From Candidatus Electrothrix sp. GW3-4 (GTDB lineage: Bacteria; Desulfobacterota; Desulfobulbia; Desulfobulbales; Desulfobulbaceae): 32,000 nt of DNA. The position numbers were made by a program, and so were the translations under genes. The stretch's first letter is position 1; every line of letters begins with the position of its first letter. Below the pieces are notes generated by a model. The model saw only the letters and a list, made by a program, of their open reading frames with translations, was not told the origin of the DNA and made no database searches. The DNA is taken from contig NZ_CP147990.1 of assembly GCF_037902255.1 (NCBI RefSeq), positions 690,001-722,000 of the forward strand. The letters run 5' to 3'. Positions 17,760-26,539 of the stretch are shown in pieces.

Positions 17760-19031
17760 ATGCTGAACAACAAGGTGTTCTTCTTTCTTCTTGTCCTGGT
17801 ATGCAGCTTGTCCTTCGCCTTAGCTGCTGTAGCTGCTGCGCCTGAACCTGCTCCAGCACCGATGAGCTATAAGCAGGTGACCTTTAATGCGGAGAAGTTA
17901 TCCCAGGAGGTGGCGCAGGTGACCGGGCTGGCCCTGAATCCCATCCTTTGCATGTCTGCCTTAGGGGCGTACTCTTATTTCTCCGCGCCAGAACAGGACC
18001 GCTCCGCGTTGCCTTGGCATCTCTCACCTGTCTTTTGGGGGCCTTTGGCGCTTGTGTTAGGGATGATCTTTGTCAAAGACACCTTTGGGGTCGCCTTTCC
18101 CAAGCTGTTAAAATCTCCTCTGGATGCCTTTGAAATTCTTGTTGAAAAGAATGCCAGCGCGGTCATTGCCCTGCCGGTCCTGGTGACCGCTGTCACCCAG
18201 GGTGAGTTTCAGCAATTGCAACAGCTGACCCAGTTGGGCTACGATACCCTCTTTCCGGTGGCCCTCGCAGCGGGTTCCGCAGAACTGGCTGTGAACTCCG
18301 GTCTTGATATGCTTTTCATGACCGTGACGTCTCTCACAGCCAGCATGATTTTCATCGTGGTCTGGGTGCTCTCCCAGGCCTTTAACGTCCTTATCCTGCT
18401 CTGTCCTTTTTCCCTTGGCGATGCCCTGTTGGCTGCGGCAAAGAACGCACTTGTGGTGCTTATTATCGGCTTATCCGGGACCTATGCTGGAGCGTTTTTA
18501 TCCCTCGCTGTCATTGCCTTTGCAGTCTACCTTTTTCCGAAGACCCTCCGCTTGGTGGTGTTCGGCACGGTTATTGCCCATGATCTGGTCTTCTATAAGT
18601 TGTTACGGAGCAGAAACGGCTCCTTGCCAAGAGACGGGATCAGGTGCTTTGCCAGCTGTTATTTGGGGCGAACCCCTCCCTTGACCTATGGAAGACTTAT
18701 CCTGTACGACGGTGCGTTGCAGTTCTCTTACCGGTCTTGGCTTTTTTTCGGGAAACGGATTGTCAAGACAGGGATTGAGCCCTCTTCCTGTGAGGTCATC
18801 AGGGGGATCATCTCGCCCATTATCGTCTTGGAAGAAGAGGGGGGTGAGCAGATACAGCTCTTTCGGATTCGACCAAGGTTTTACAGGGATACCCAGCAAG
18901 TGGCGGAGCTGCTCGGGGTGCGCTGGAGCGATGAAGCGGTTGTCTCCAAGAGGTTCAGCGGTGCGGTGCGATGGTATCTGGGCTTGTTGCGAAAGGCGCC
19001 GAGATTGGATGTGCCGGGCGCATTAGCCTAA
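17760..19031 (+). CDS. Polytopic membrane protein with signal peptide and a roughly 130-aa C-terminal soluble domain; unknown function
   Basis: RBS AGAGGTG. Signal peptide FFFLLVLVCSLSFALAAVAAA followed by a PEPAPAP linker. Several hydrophobic helices, and a C-terminal beta-rich segment (GRLILYDGALQFSYRSWLFFGKRIV...). The start is 17 nt after the SPFH stop. Confidence 0.7.
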   Translation: MLNNKVFFFLLVLVCSLSFALAAVAAAPEPAPAPMSYKQVTFNAEKLSQEVAQVTGLALNPILCMSALGAYSYFSAPEQDRSALPWHLSPVFWGPLALVLGMIFVKDTFGVAFPKLLKSPLDAFEILVEKNASAVIALPVLVTAVTQGEFQQLQQLTQLGYDTLFPVALAAGSAELAVNSGLDMLFMTVTSLTASMIFIVVWVLSQAFNVLILLCPFSLGDALLAAAKNALVVLIIGLSGTYAGAFLSLAVIAFAVYLFPKTLRLVVFGTVIAHDLVFYKLLRSRNGSLPRDGIRCFASCYLGRTPPLTYGRLILYDGALQFSYRSWLFFGKRIVKTGIEPSSCEVIRGIISPIIVLEEEGGEQIQLFRIRPRFYRDTQQVAELLGVRWSDEAVVSKRFSGAVRWYLGLLRKAPRLDVPGALA

Positions 19032-20144
19032 GACCCGAAAATTGAGCACATACTTTTTTTCTCCGTCCGGGATGAGCAAGTTTTGCGCGAGGAGTCTTTT
19101 GATATCACGTCGTGCTGTCTGGGTGGTCACACCACGGTAGAGGATGGAAAATGGTTTCCGCTCCTGGAGATCCTTCAGGGAAAAGCTGACAGGATGGTCC
19201 AGTAAAATATCCATGAGTTCAAACTGGCGTGCGGTGAGTCGCTTGTTTTGTTTTTCTGATCGGTAAAAATCCTTAAGTGTACATTTGGTTATAAAGGCGA
19301 GGATGGTTTCTTTGATACGTTCCAGACTGTCCACAGAGGCTTTGAGGGAAAATGTGAGAAAAGGGCTCGGATCTTTCTTTAATTTGATGCTTTTTGAAAA
19401 GGCGATATAGTATTCGTCAACGTTTCTGTAATAATAATTGGAGAGCTCGCGGGGAGCGTATTTAATATGGACAGACTGGAGGATAAGCGCTTCCAGCAGT
19501 CGGGCTGTCCTGCCGTTACCGTCCCAAAAGGGGTGAATGGTGGCAAAATAATAATGAGCAAGTGAGGCCCTGATAAAGGGGTTTGTTTGCAGCACTGCCT
19601 CGCTGTTTATCCAGCCTGTGTACTCCCTCATCAGATTTTTGATGTCCTCAAGGATTTTTGGCGGGGTATATACACCTCCGTGGGCCTTGTCGCCAACATA
19701 GACAATTCCGTTTCTGTACTTGCCCGGTCTGTTATTCTCATCCGCTACATCGTTGGTTATCATTTTGTGGAGTTTGCAAATAATCTCTTCCGTTACAAGA
19801 AAAGGCTCAGAAGAGGGCTCAATGCTTGCGAGGAAGTTGTAGGCTGTGATAAGATTCCTGATTTCCTGCTGATCTTTTTTGGTATAGACGGCAACTTCTT
19901 CCCCTTGGGCAATTTTTTCCACATCTTCTCTTGTGCAGGGATTACCTTCAATGGCCGCTGTTCCGGCAATGGAGCTGTACATAATCTCCGGCTCTAACCG
20001 CGAGGCCAGTTCCGGTAAAATAGGTAAGTTGACAATGGTTTCATTGAGTACGGTGGCTCTGACCAACAGGCTTTCGACTTGAGTCGCGTCATACTCATGA
20101 TTGAAATAAAATTTGCCTGATTTGAAGGTGAGAAATTCTTTCAT
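19023..20144 (-). CDS. Fic/DOC family protein (class II, with N-terminal inhibitory helix) and C-terminal winged-helix region; SoFic-like
   Basis: Fic motif HPFWDGNGRTARLL. Inhibitory motif TAAIEGN ([S/T]xxxE[G/N]). The C-terminal 100 aa are helix-turn-helix-like. Confidence 0.9.
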   Translation of the reverse strand: MKEFLTFKSGKFYFNHEYDATQVESLLVRATVLNETIVNLPILPELASRLEPEIMYSSIAGTAAIEGNPCTREDVEKIAQGEEVAVYTKKDQQEIRNLITAYNFLASIEPSSEPFLVTEEIICKLHKMITNDVADENNRPGKYRNGIVYVGDKAHGGVYTPPKILEDIKNLMREYTGWINSEAVLQTNPFIRASLAHYYFATIHPFWDGNGRTARLLEALILQSVHIKYAPRELSNYYYRNVDEYYIAFSKSIKLKKDPSPFLTFSLKASVDSLERIKETILAFITKCTLKDFYRSEKQNKRLTARQFELMDILLDHPVSFSLKDLQERKPFSILYRGVTTQTARRDIKRLLAQNLLIPDGEKKYVLNFRVLG

Positions 20145-20233
20145 TGTTAAATGATGCTTTTTGTAATTATAAATGTAAGCATAATTAAGAGTGAAAATAT
20201 ATTATTATATATTTTTCAGATAAATAAATGTCA

Positions 20234-20248
20234 CTGTATATTATACAG
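20234..20248. promoter_or_regulatory. Perfect 15-bp palindrome CTGTATATTATACAG in the AT-rich fic upstream region (possible operator)
   Basis: Read directly from the sequence, about 90 bp upstream of the fic start codon on the minus strand. Confidence 0.25.
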
Positions 20249-20550
20249 GGTTTCAACGAAGATTCGAGTGAAATAATCAAGCGGAGCTTTTGTGGAGCGA
20301 TTGTGTTCGTTCTTGAATAAGAATAATACTGAGGGATTGAATGCTGAAGGTGTGGAGCAGGGGCTCTTCGCCCCGTGGTGGGGTGAGATGGTGACGGATT
20401 TTATAGAAACGCCTGCTTTTTGTGAACCTGATGAATCGCCGGAACAGGTTCTTGAGTATGCAAAAACGTGGTTTCGGATTATGTTCGTAAACGGGTTTCG
20501 CTGAATGGCGCGTAGAGAGGAGGATTTCCTCCTGAGTCGGGCAGGTCGTT

Positions 20551-20620
20551 GCTCAAGTGCAATGAAAGCGGACAGCTCTTTGCTCGGATTGTCTGATTTC
20601 GCTTTACGCAATCAAGACCT
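20551..20620 (+). repeat. Junction repeat R1 (70 bp, full-length copy)
   Basis: Sequence gctcaagtgcaatgaaagcggacagctctttgctcggattgtctgatttcgctttacgcaatcaagacct. The arms gaaagcggacag and ctgatttcgctttac form an imperfect internal palindrome. Confidence 0.7.
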
Positions 20621-20684
20621 CTGTGACTGAAGGCTGCTTGATCAGGTCGATGGAACGGGAACTAAGAAAAGAAAGGAAAATAAA

Positions 20685-20873
20685 ATGGATGGCAATAATC
20701 GTTCAGATATTGAGCCAGGTTTAGCAGTGAAGATTGTTCTTAAGAAAGACCAAAGATCTGGTCGTCTCACAGAAGGGGTTGTCAAAGATATATTGACCAA
20801 TTCCTCATTTCATCCGCATGGCATCAAAGTTCGGCTGGAAAGCGGAGACGTTGGAAGAGTAAAGGAAATATGA
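20685..20873 (+). CDS. YwbE-family small protein (DUF2196-like)
   Basis: The 62-aa sequence ...IEPGLAVKIVLKKDQRSGRLTEGVVKDILTNSSFHPHGIKVRLESGDVGRVKEI resembles B. subtilis YwbE as I recall it. Confidence 0.7.
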   Translation: MDGNNRSDIEPGLAVKIVLKKDQRSGRLTEGVVKDILTNSSFHPHGIKVRLESGDVGRVKEI

Positions 20874-20931
20874 GATTAAATAAATCAAGAACAATTTATT
20901 ACAGTCATTGTAGTTGATAAGCTATGAAGGC

Positions 20932-21549
20932 ATGAACGTAGCTTCAGAAATGGGAGAAAGGTATTTGCAGCGTCCAACCAAAGAGCAGATGAGGGACTTA
21001 CCGTTATTTAGAGGTATCAGCCTTGATAATATTGTTGTTGTGCAAGACGGAGAAGGTGCGGAACAGGCGATAAAAGAACTTAAAGAGGCTCCATGTCTCG
21101 GGTTTGATACGGAAAGTAAGCCATGTTTTCGTAAAGGAGAAGTGAGTAAAGGTCCGCATCTTATTCAACTTGCCAATGAATCAAAGGCCTTTTTGTTTCC
21201 GACAAGGTTTTTGCCCGCAATTACATTATTAGACAAAATATTGAGTGATCCTCATATAAAGAAAGTTGGTTTTGGTCTTGCTGGTGATGCTAAGATCCTG
21301 CAAAGAAAGTTTGGTATCAACTTGTTCAATACACAGGATTTGTCTGTAAAATTAAAAAGTCACTTTCGATTAAAACAACGCGTCGGTATCAAGGCAGCTG
21401 TCGCAATGGTCTTTCAGCAACGTTTAGCAAAAAGTGCTCAAACCTCAAACTGGGCCGCATTTCCGCTTCAGGAGCATCAACTGAAATATGCTGCAAATGA
21501 TGCCTATGCTTCGTTATGTATTGATTTGGAAATTAATAAGAAATTGTAG
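20932..21549 (+). CDS. DEDDy-type 3'-5' exonuclease (RNase D / WRN-exo-like domain protein)
   Basis: Exo I motif LGFDTES and Exo III motif YAANDAYASL. An in-frame ATG at 20932 is preferred to the TTG at 20914. Confidence 0.8.
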   Translation: MNVASEMGERYLQRPTKEQMRDLPLFRGISLDNIVVVQDGEGAEQAIKELKEAPCLGFDTESKPCFRKGEVSKGPHLIQLANESKAFLFPTRFLPAITLLDKILSDPHIKKVGFGLAGDAKILQRKFGINLFNTQDLSVKLKSHFRLKQRVGIKAAVAMVFQQRLAKSAQTSNWAAFPLQEHQLKYAANDAYASLCIDLEINKKL

Positions 21550-21682
21550 TTGCGTAGGTCCGATTGAGCTCCGCGAAATCAGACAGTTCGAGCTGAAATT
21601 TTGCAGACACTGAGTGCAAAATTGAGCTGAACTCACTTTAAGACGATCATCAATATCCTGTCCGCTTTCGCTGCACTCAAGC
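21550..21682 (-). repeat. Junction repeat R2 (inverted, expanded copy containing three iteron-like sub-repeats)
   Basis: ttgcgta...gcgaaatcagacagttcgagc...ctgtccgctttcgctgcactcaagc aligns with the reverse complement of R1. Internal units of the form TT(G/C)GAGCT-N-(C/A)AGAC end at 21584, 21608 and 21644. Confidence 0.6.
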
Positions 21683-21726
21683 CGTGCCCCTACGGCATGT
21701 TCCCCCTAAAAAACAACGAGCGCAAT

Positions 21727-24555
21727 ATGGTGCCCAATAAAACCCCGGAACAGGTCGCCCGCGACAACATCGACGACCTGCTCAAGGCCGCAGGCTGGCA
21801 GGTCCAGGATAAAAACAGGATCAATCTGCATGAGGGCAAAGGCCAGGCTGTCAGGGAATATCAAACCGCAGCTGGTCCAGCTGACTATGTCCTGTTCGTG
21901 AACAAAAAGCCTGTCGCGGTTATTGAGGCCAAGCGGGCCAGCAAGGCTGAGAATATCACCACGGTAGAAGAACAGAGCGCAGGCTACGCCAGTGGCCAAC
22001 TCAAATGGGTCGGCAAAAACGAGCCCTTGCCCTTCCTCTACCAGAGCACTGGCATCATTACCCGTTTCACTGATAATCGAGATCCGAAACCGCGTTCCCG
22101 CGAGGTCTTCACCTTTCATCGTCCTGAAACCCTCCAGGAATGGGCTGAGCAGGGAGAGGGCCTCAGAGCCCGTCTGACCCAGATCCCCTTGCTCAATCCC
22201 TTCCAACTTCCACCCAAGGAGCTGGATCTGCGCGACTGTCAGGAATCGGCGATCAGCAACCTTGAGGAATCCTTCAAACTGGATAAACCCAGGGCTCTGA
22301 TCCAGATGGCCACCGGCGCAGGCAAGACCTATACCGCTATCACGGCCATGTACCGGATCCTCAAGCATGCCAAAGGCAAGCGCATCCTCTTTCTGGTGGA
22401 TACCAAGAATCTGGGCGAACAGGCCGAGCAGGAAATGCTCACCTTCACCCCGCAGGATGACAACCGCAAGTTCACCGAGCTTTACGCAGTACAGCGCCTG
22501 AAAAGTGGCAATGTGCCCAAGGATGCCCAGGTCTGTATCAGCACTATTCAGCGTATGTACTCCATCCTCAGAGGTGAAGAGCTGGATGAGGCCCTGGAGG
22601 AACGCAATCCGGCCGAACAGCAGACCAAGCCCAAAGAGCCCATGCCGGTTGCCTATAATCCCAAGGTGCCGATCGAGTTTTTCGACTTCATCTTTATCGA
22701 TGAATGCCACCGCTCCATCTACAACCTCTGGCAGCAGGTGCTGGATTATTTTGACGCCTACCTGATCGGCTTGACCGCCACCCCGGATAATCGTACCTAC
22801 GGCTTTTTCAAGCAAAATGTGGTCAGTGAGTACACCCATGAAAAGGCCGTGGCTGATGGGGTTAACGTGGGTAATGAGGTCTATTTCATCGACACCAGGA
22901 TCTCACAACAGGGCGCACAGCTGCGAGCCAGGCAGCAGGTAGAGCTGCGGGAAAAGAGGACCCGCAAGGGGCGTTGGCAGGAACAGGACGAAGACGAGGC
23001 CTATTCTGCCAAGCAGTTGGACCGGGATATTGTCAATCCAAGCCAGATCAGAACGGTGATCCGGGCCTTTAAAAACAGCCTGCCGGAGATCTTTCCCGGT
23101 CGTGATGAGGTTCCCAAGACCCTGATCTTTGCCAAGACCGACAGCCATGCCGATGATATTATTCAGACCCTGCGGGATGAATTTGGGGAAGGCAATGCCT
23201 TTTGCAAGAAGGTCACCTATAAGGCGGCTCAGGATAGGAAAGACAAAGCGGGCAAGATCATCCAGCAAGGCGAAGCAGCGAAATCCATCCTTTCCCAGTT
23301 CCGCAACGACTATAATCCCCGCATCGCGGTGACCGTGGACATGATCGCCACCGGCACTGATGTCAAGCCGCTGGAGTGTCTGCTCTTTATGCGGGATGTT
23401 AAGAGCAAAAACTACTTTGAGCAGATGAAAGGCCGGGGAACCCGGACCCTGGAGCATGACGACCTGCGTAAGGTCACGCCCTCGGCCAGGAGTGCCAAGA
23501 CCCACTATGTTATTGTCGATGCCATTGGTGTCACCAAGTCCCTCAAGACTGCCAGTCAGCCGCTCATCACCAAGCCCTCGGTTCCTCTCAAGGATCTGGC
23601 AATGGGCGTGATGATGGGCACCAGCGATACGGACACGGTCAGTTCTCTGGCTGGTCGTCTGGCACGTTTAAATAAGCAACTGGATGCAGAGGATCAGGCC
23701 AGAATCGAAAAGGCCGCCGGAGGTGTGGAGCTGCCCCGGATTATCAACGACCTGTTTGATGCCATTGACGCGGATCGGGTCGAAGCCAAGGCCCTGGATC
23801 TGGCCAGGCAGCCTGCGGGAACAGATCCTGGAGATGAGAAGCGGCAAGAGGCCCAGGCAGAGCTCGTCAGTGCGGCAGCCGATGTCTTTACCGGCGATTT
23901 GATAGAGCTGATTGACTCCATCAGGAGAGAAAAGGAGCAGAAAATCGACCACGATAACCTGGATGAAGTGCTCCGGGCTGAGTGGGGCAAGGATTCGGCA
24001 GAGAACGCCCAGCACTTGGTTGAGGATTTTGCCGCGTATATTGAGGAGCAGAAAGATACCCTGGATGCTCTGGAGATCTTTTATGATCAGCCCCAGCGTC
24101 GAAGAAAGATCACTTACGACATGATCCAGGAGGTGCTGGATACGCTCAAGGCGGACAGGCCCGCCCTTGCGCCCCTGCGCATCTGGAATGCCTACAGCCA
24201 GCTGGATGATTATCAGGGCAAGCAACCCATAAATGAGTTGACCGCACTGGTTGCCTTAATCCGCCGAGTCTGTCATATTGATTCGTCTTTATCACCCTAT
24301 GATGGAACGGTGCGCAGGAATTTTCAGGATTGGGTGATGAAGCACCATGCTGGTGCTGGTGAGAAGTTCAATGAGGAGCAGATGCAGTGGTTGCAGATGA
24401 TCCGGGATCATATTATCAGCTCGTTTCATTTTGAGCGGGATGATCTGGAGATGGCACCGTTTGATAGTCAGGGAGGGTTGGGGAAGATGTATCAGTTGTT
24501 TGGGGATGGGATGGATGGGTTGATTGATGAGATGAATGAGGGGCTTGCCGCTTGA
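21727..24555 (+). CDS. hsdR: Type I restriction enzyme R subunit (HsdR) with EcoEI-R-like C-terminal region
   Basis: N-terminal nuclease motif ADYVLFVNKKPVAVIEAKR. Helicase motif I QMATGAGKT and motif II FIDECHR. Also GLTATP and a long helical C-terminal domain. The ATG at 21727 (MVPNKTPEQVARDNIDDLLKAAGW) is preferred over 21697. Confidence 0.9.
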   Translation: MVPNKTPEQVARDNIDDLLKAAGWQVQDKNRINLHEGKGQAVREYQTAAGPADYVLFVNKKPVAVIEAKRASKAENITTVEEQSAGYASGQLKWVGKNEPLPFLYQSTGIITRFTDNRDPKPRSREVFTFHRPETLQEWAEQGEGLRARLTQIPLLNPFQLPPKELDLRDCQESAISNLEESFKLDKPRALIQMATGAGKTYTAITAMYRILKHAKGKRILFLVDTKNLGEQAEQEMLTFTPQDDNRKFTELYAVQRLKSGNVPKDAQVCISTIQRMYSILRGEELDEALEERNPAEQQTKPKEPMPVAYNPKVPIEFFDFIFIDECHRSIYNLWQQVLDYFDAYLIGLTATPDNRTYGFFKQNVVSEYTHEKAVADGVNVGNEVYFIDTRISQQGAQLRARQQVELREKRTRKGRWQEQDEDEAYSAKQLDRDIVNPSQIRTVIRAFKNSLPEIFPGRDEVPKTLIFAKTDSHADDIIQTLRDEFGEGNAFCKKVTYKAAQDRKDKAGKIIQQGEAAKSILSQFRNDYNPRIAVTVDMIATGTDVKPLECLLFMRDVKSKNYFEQMKGRGTRTLEHDDLRKVTPSARSAKTHYVIVDAIGVTKSLKTASQPLITKPSVPLKDLAMGVMMGTSDTDTVSSLAGRLARLNKQLDAEDQARIEKAAGGVELPRIINDLFDAIDADRVEAKALDLARQPAGTDPGDEKRQEAQAELVSAAADVFTGDLIELIDSIRREKEQKIDHDNLDEVLRAEWGKDSAENAQHLVEDFAAYIEEQKDTLDALEIFYDQPQRRRKITYDMIQEVLDTLKADRPALAPLRIWNAYSQLDDYQGKQPINELTALVALIRRVCHIDSSLSPYDGTVRRNFQDWVMKHHAGAGEKFNEEQMQWLQMIRDHIISSFHFERDDLEMAPFDSQGGLGKMYQLFGDGMDGLIDEMNEGLAA

Positions 24556-24556
24556 T

Positions 24557-24588
24557 AATGGAAGAAGGTAGAGGGAAGAAGGAAGAAT
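24557..24588 (+). repeat. Purine-rich direct repeat, copy A (spans the RBS and start of the four-helix-bundle gene)
   Basis: aatggaagaaggtagagggaagaaggaagaat, compared with copy B at 24949-24981. Confidence 0.6.
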
Positions 24589-24953
24589 TTGTCGATCTTC
24601 GCCAGCGAACCAAAGCGTTTGCCCTTCGAGTTATTCGTTTATACGTCAGCTTGCCCAAAAGGACAGAAGCGCAAGTCATTGGCAAACAGTTATTGCGTTC
24701 AGGGACTTCCGTTGGTGCGAATTATCGGGAAGCTTATCGCGCAAGAAGTAAGGCGGAATATATTTCTACTGTTGGAATTTCGTTGAGAGAAGTTGAAGAG
24801 ACCGGGTATTGGTTTGAGCTGCTGGTTGAGGCAGGTATTGTTCCTGAAAATAAATTACGTTCTTTGCAGCAGGAGTGCGGGGAGCTAACGGCAATTTTTG
24901 TTTCTTCGATTAAAAAGGCGAAAAGAAGTAGCAGCCGGGGTGGAGCTGAATGA
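24558..24953 (+). CDS. Four-helix-bundle protein (23S rRNA intervening-sequence protein family)
   Basis: FVDLRQRTKAFALRVIRLYVSLPKRTEAQVIGKQLLRSGTSVGANYREAYRARSKAEYISTVGISLREVEETGYWFELL matches the family pattern. The gene starts 3 nt after the hsdR stop. Confidence 0.85.
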   Translation: MEEGRGKKEEFVDLRQRTKAFALRVIRLYVSLPKRTEAQVIGKQLLRSGTSVGANYREAYRARSKAEYISTVGISLREVEETGYWFELLVEAGIVPENKLRSLQQECGELTAIFVSSIKKAKRSSSRGGAE

Positions 24954-24981
24954 AGAAGGTAGAAGGATGAAGGATAAGAAT
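24949..24981 (+). repeat. Purine-rich direct repeat, copy B (spans the RBS and start of hsdS)
   Basis: aatgaagaaggtagaaggatgaaggataagaat. Differs from copy A by about 2 mismatches and 2 single-nt indels. Confidence 0.6.
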
Positions 24982-26520
24982 ATTACCTTGGGCGATATTT
25001 CCGATACTGATATTAATCGCAGCGGGCCTTCTGGTGCCGAGTTTGTTTATGTCGATATTAGCAGTGTAGATCGATCTTCTAAAACTATTATCAACCCAAA
25101 AAAATTAAAAACTTCAAAAGCTCCAAGTCGAGCAAAACAGCACTTGAAAAGTGGCGATGTTCTAGTTTCTATGACTCGTCCGAATCTCAATGCTGTCGCT
25201 CTGGTTCCCCCAACGTTAACCGGTGCAATTGGCTCAACAGGCTTTCATGTTTTACGCTCAAAATGGGTAGAACCTAAATTCATATTTTATCTTGTTCAGT
25301 CCCGTGAATTCATTGATGACATGAGTCTGAGAGTTCAGGGTGCATTGTATCCAGCAGTACGACCAGCCGACATTTCTTCCTTCTTCCTTCCTCCTTTTTC
25401 CTTGAGCTATCAGCGAAGCGTAGTAGCTCGCCTCGAAGAACTCTTCTCCGAGCTGGATAAAGGCATCGAAAGCCTGAAGACCGCGCGGGAGCAACTCAAG
25501 GTCTATCGTCAGGCATTGCTTAAACATGCCTTTGAAGGCAAACTCACCGAACAATGGCGGAAAGACAACGCGGATAAGCTGAAAACAGCGGACCAGCTTT
25601 TGGAACGCATCAAGCAAGAGCGCGAAGCTCGCTATCAGCAACAACTGGAAGCATGGAAAGTAGCGGTTAAGCTGTGGGAGGTTGGTGGGAAGGAGGGGAA
25701 GAAGCCGAGGAAACCAGCCGGTTTCAAGGAGCTTCCACCAATTGACGAAACTGAGCTTGATGTTTTGCCAGAGTTACCTCAAACTTGGATATATCGTCGT
25801 TTGGCAGAAATTGCGCAAATTGGCTCTGGCATGTCAGTCAGCAGGAACAGAAAACTCAATAAGCCTGTGGAGGTTCCATATTTACGAGTAGCGAATGTTC
25901 AGCGGGGTAGCCTTGCACTTGATGAAGTGAAGACCATGCTGATAGAAGAAGGACAACTTGAAGCTCTCTTACTGGAAAAGTGGGATGTACTTTTTAATGA
26001 GGGCGGAGATAGAGACAAATTAGGTAGAGGCTGGATCTGGGAATCACAAATTGAGAGATGTATCACTCAGAATCATGTGTTCAGAGCCACTACCTATCTT
26101 GGTGGTGAGGTTCATTCAAAATTTGTTTCTCATTGGGGAAACACTTATGGTCAGAACTATTTTGATAAAGGTGGTAAGCAAACCACTAATCTGGCGTCTA
26201 TCAACAAGACTGTCTTGAGCATGTTTCCGATTCCAGTTCCTTCAGAAGAGGAACAGGAGCAAATCATTAAAGAGCTTGAAGAAAAGATGTCTACACTGGA
26301 TTCATTCGAGATGGATATAGATACATCTCTCACAAAATCCGAAGCCCTTCGCCAATCCATCCTCAAAAAAGCCTTCTCCGGCCAACTGGTCCCCCAAGAC
26401 CCCAACGACGAACCCGCCTCCGTCCTGCTAGAACGCATCGCCAAAGAAAAGGAAGCAGCCGCAGTCAAGGCCAAAAAAGCCAAGACCGTGAAGAAGAGAA
26501 CGAAAAAAGGATGTACATGA
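24967..26520 (+). CDS. hsdS: Type I restriction-modification specificity subunit (HsdS), two target-recognition domains
   Basis: Two AT-rich variable TRDs are separated by conserved helices (RLEELFSELDKGIESLKTAREQLKVYRQALLKHAFEGKL and TKSEALRQSILKKAFSGQLVPQD). The ATG at 24967 is chosen. Confidence 0.9.
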   Translation: MKDKNITLGDISDTDINRSGPSGAEFVYVDISSVDRSSKTIINPKKLKTSKAPSRAKQHLKSGDVLVSMTRPNLNAVALVPPTLTGAIGSTGFHVLRSKWVEPKFIFYLVQSREFIDDMSLRVQGALYPAVRPADISSFFLPPFSLSYQRSVVARLEELFSELDKGIESLKTAREQLKVYRQALLKHAFEGKLTEQWRKDNADKLKTADQLLERIKQEREARYQQQLEAWKVAVKLWEVGGKEGKKPRKPAGFKELPPIDETELDVLPELPQTWIYRRLAEIAQIGSGMSVSRNRKLNKPVEVPYLRVANVQRGSLALDEVKTMLIEEGQLEALLLEKWDVLFNEGGDRDKLGRGWIWESQIERCITQNHVFRATTYLGGEVHSKFVSHWGNTYGQNYFDKGGKQTTNLASINKTVLSMFPIPVPSEEEQEQIIKELEEKMSTLDSFEMDIDTSLTKSEALRQSILKKAFSGQLVPQDPNDEPASVLLERIAKEKEAAAVKAKKAKTVKKRTKKGCT

Positions 26521-26539
26521 TGGCTGTGCCTGGCGTTGA

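Noticed and set aside
20234-20248. The palindrome CTGTATATTATACAG considered as a LexA SOS box.
   Set aside because: The spacing is CTG-N9-CAG, not the CTG-N10-CAG of the E. coli-type box, and deltaproteobacterial LexA motifs differ as far as I recall. It is kept only as a generic candidate operator.
20231-20611. Overlapping ORFs in the fic-ywbE spacer: 126 aa on the minus strand (20231-20611) and 70 aa on the plus strand (20292-20504).
   Set aside because: Neither has a convincing RBS or a recognisable motif, they exclude each other, and the region overlaps repeat R1. The plus-strand acidic ORF could be a gene remnant, but this cannot be supported from sequence alone.
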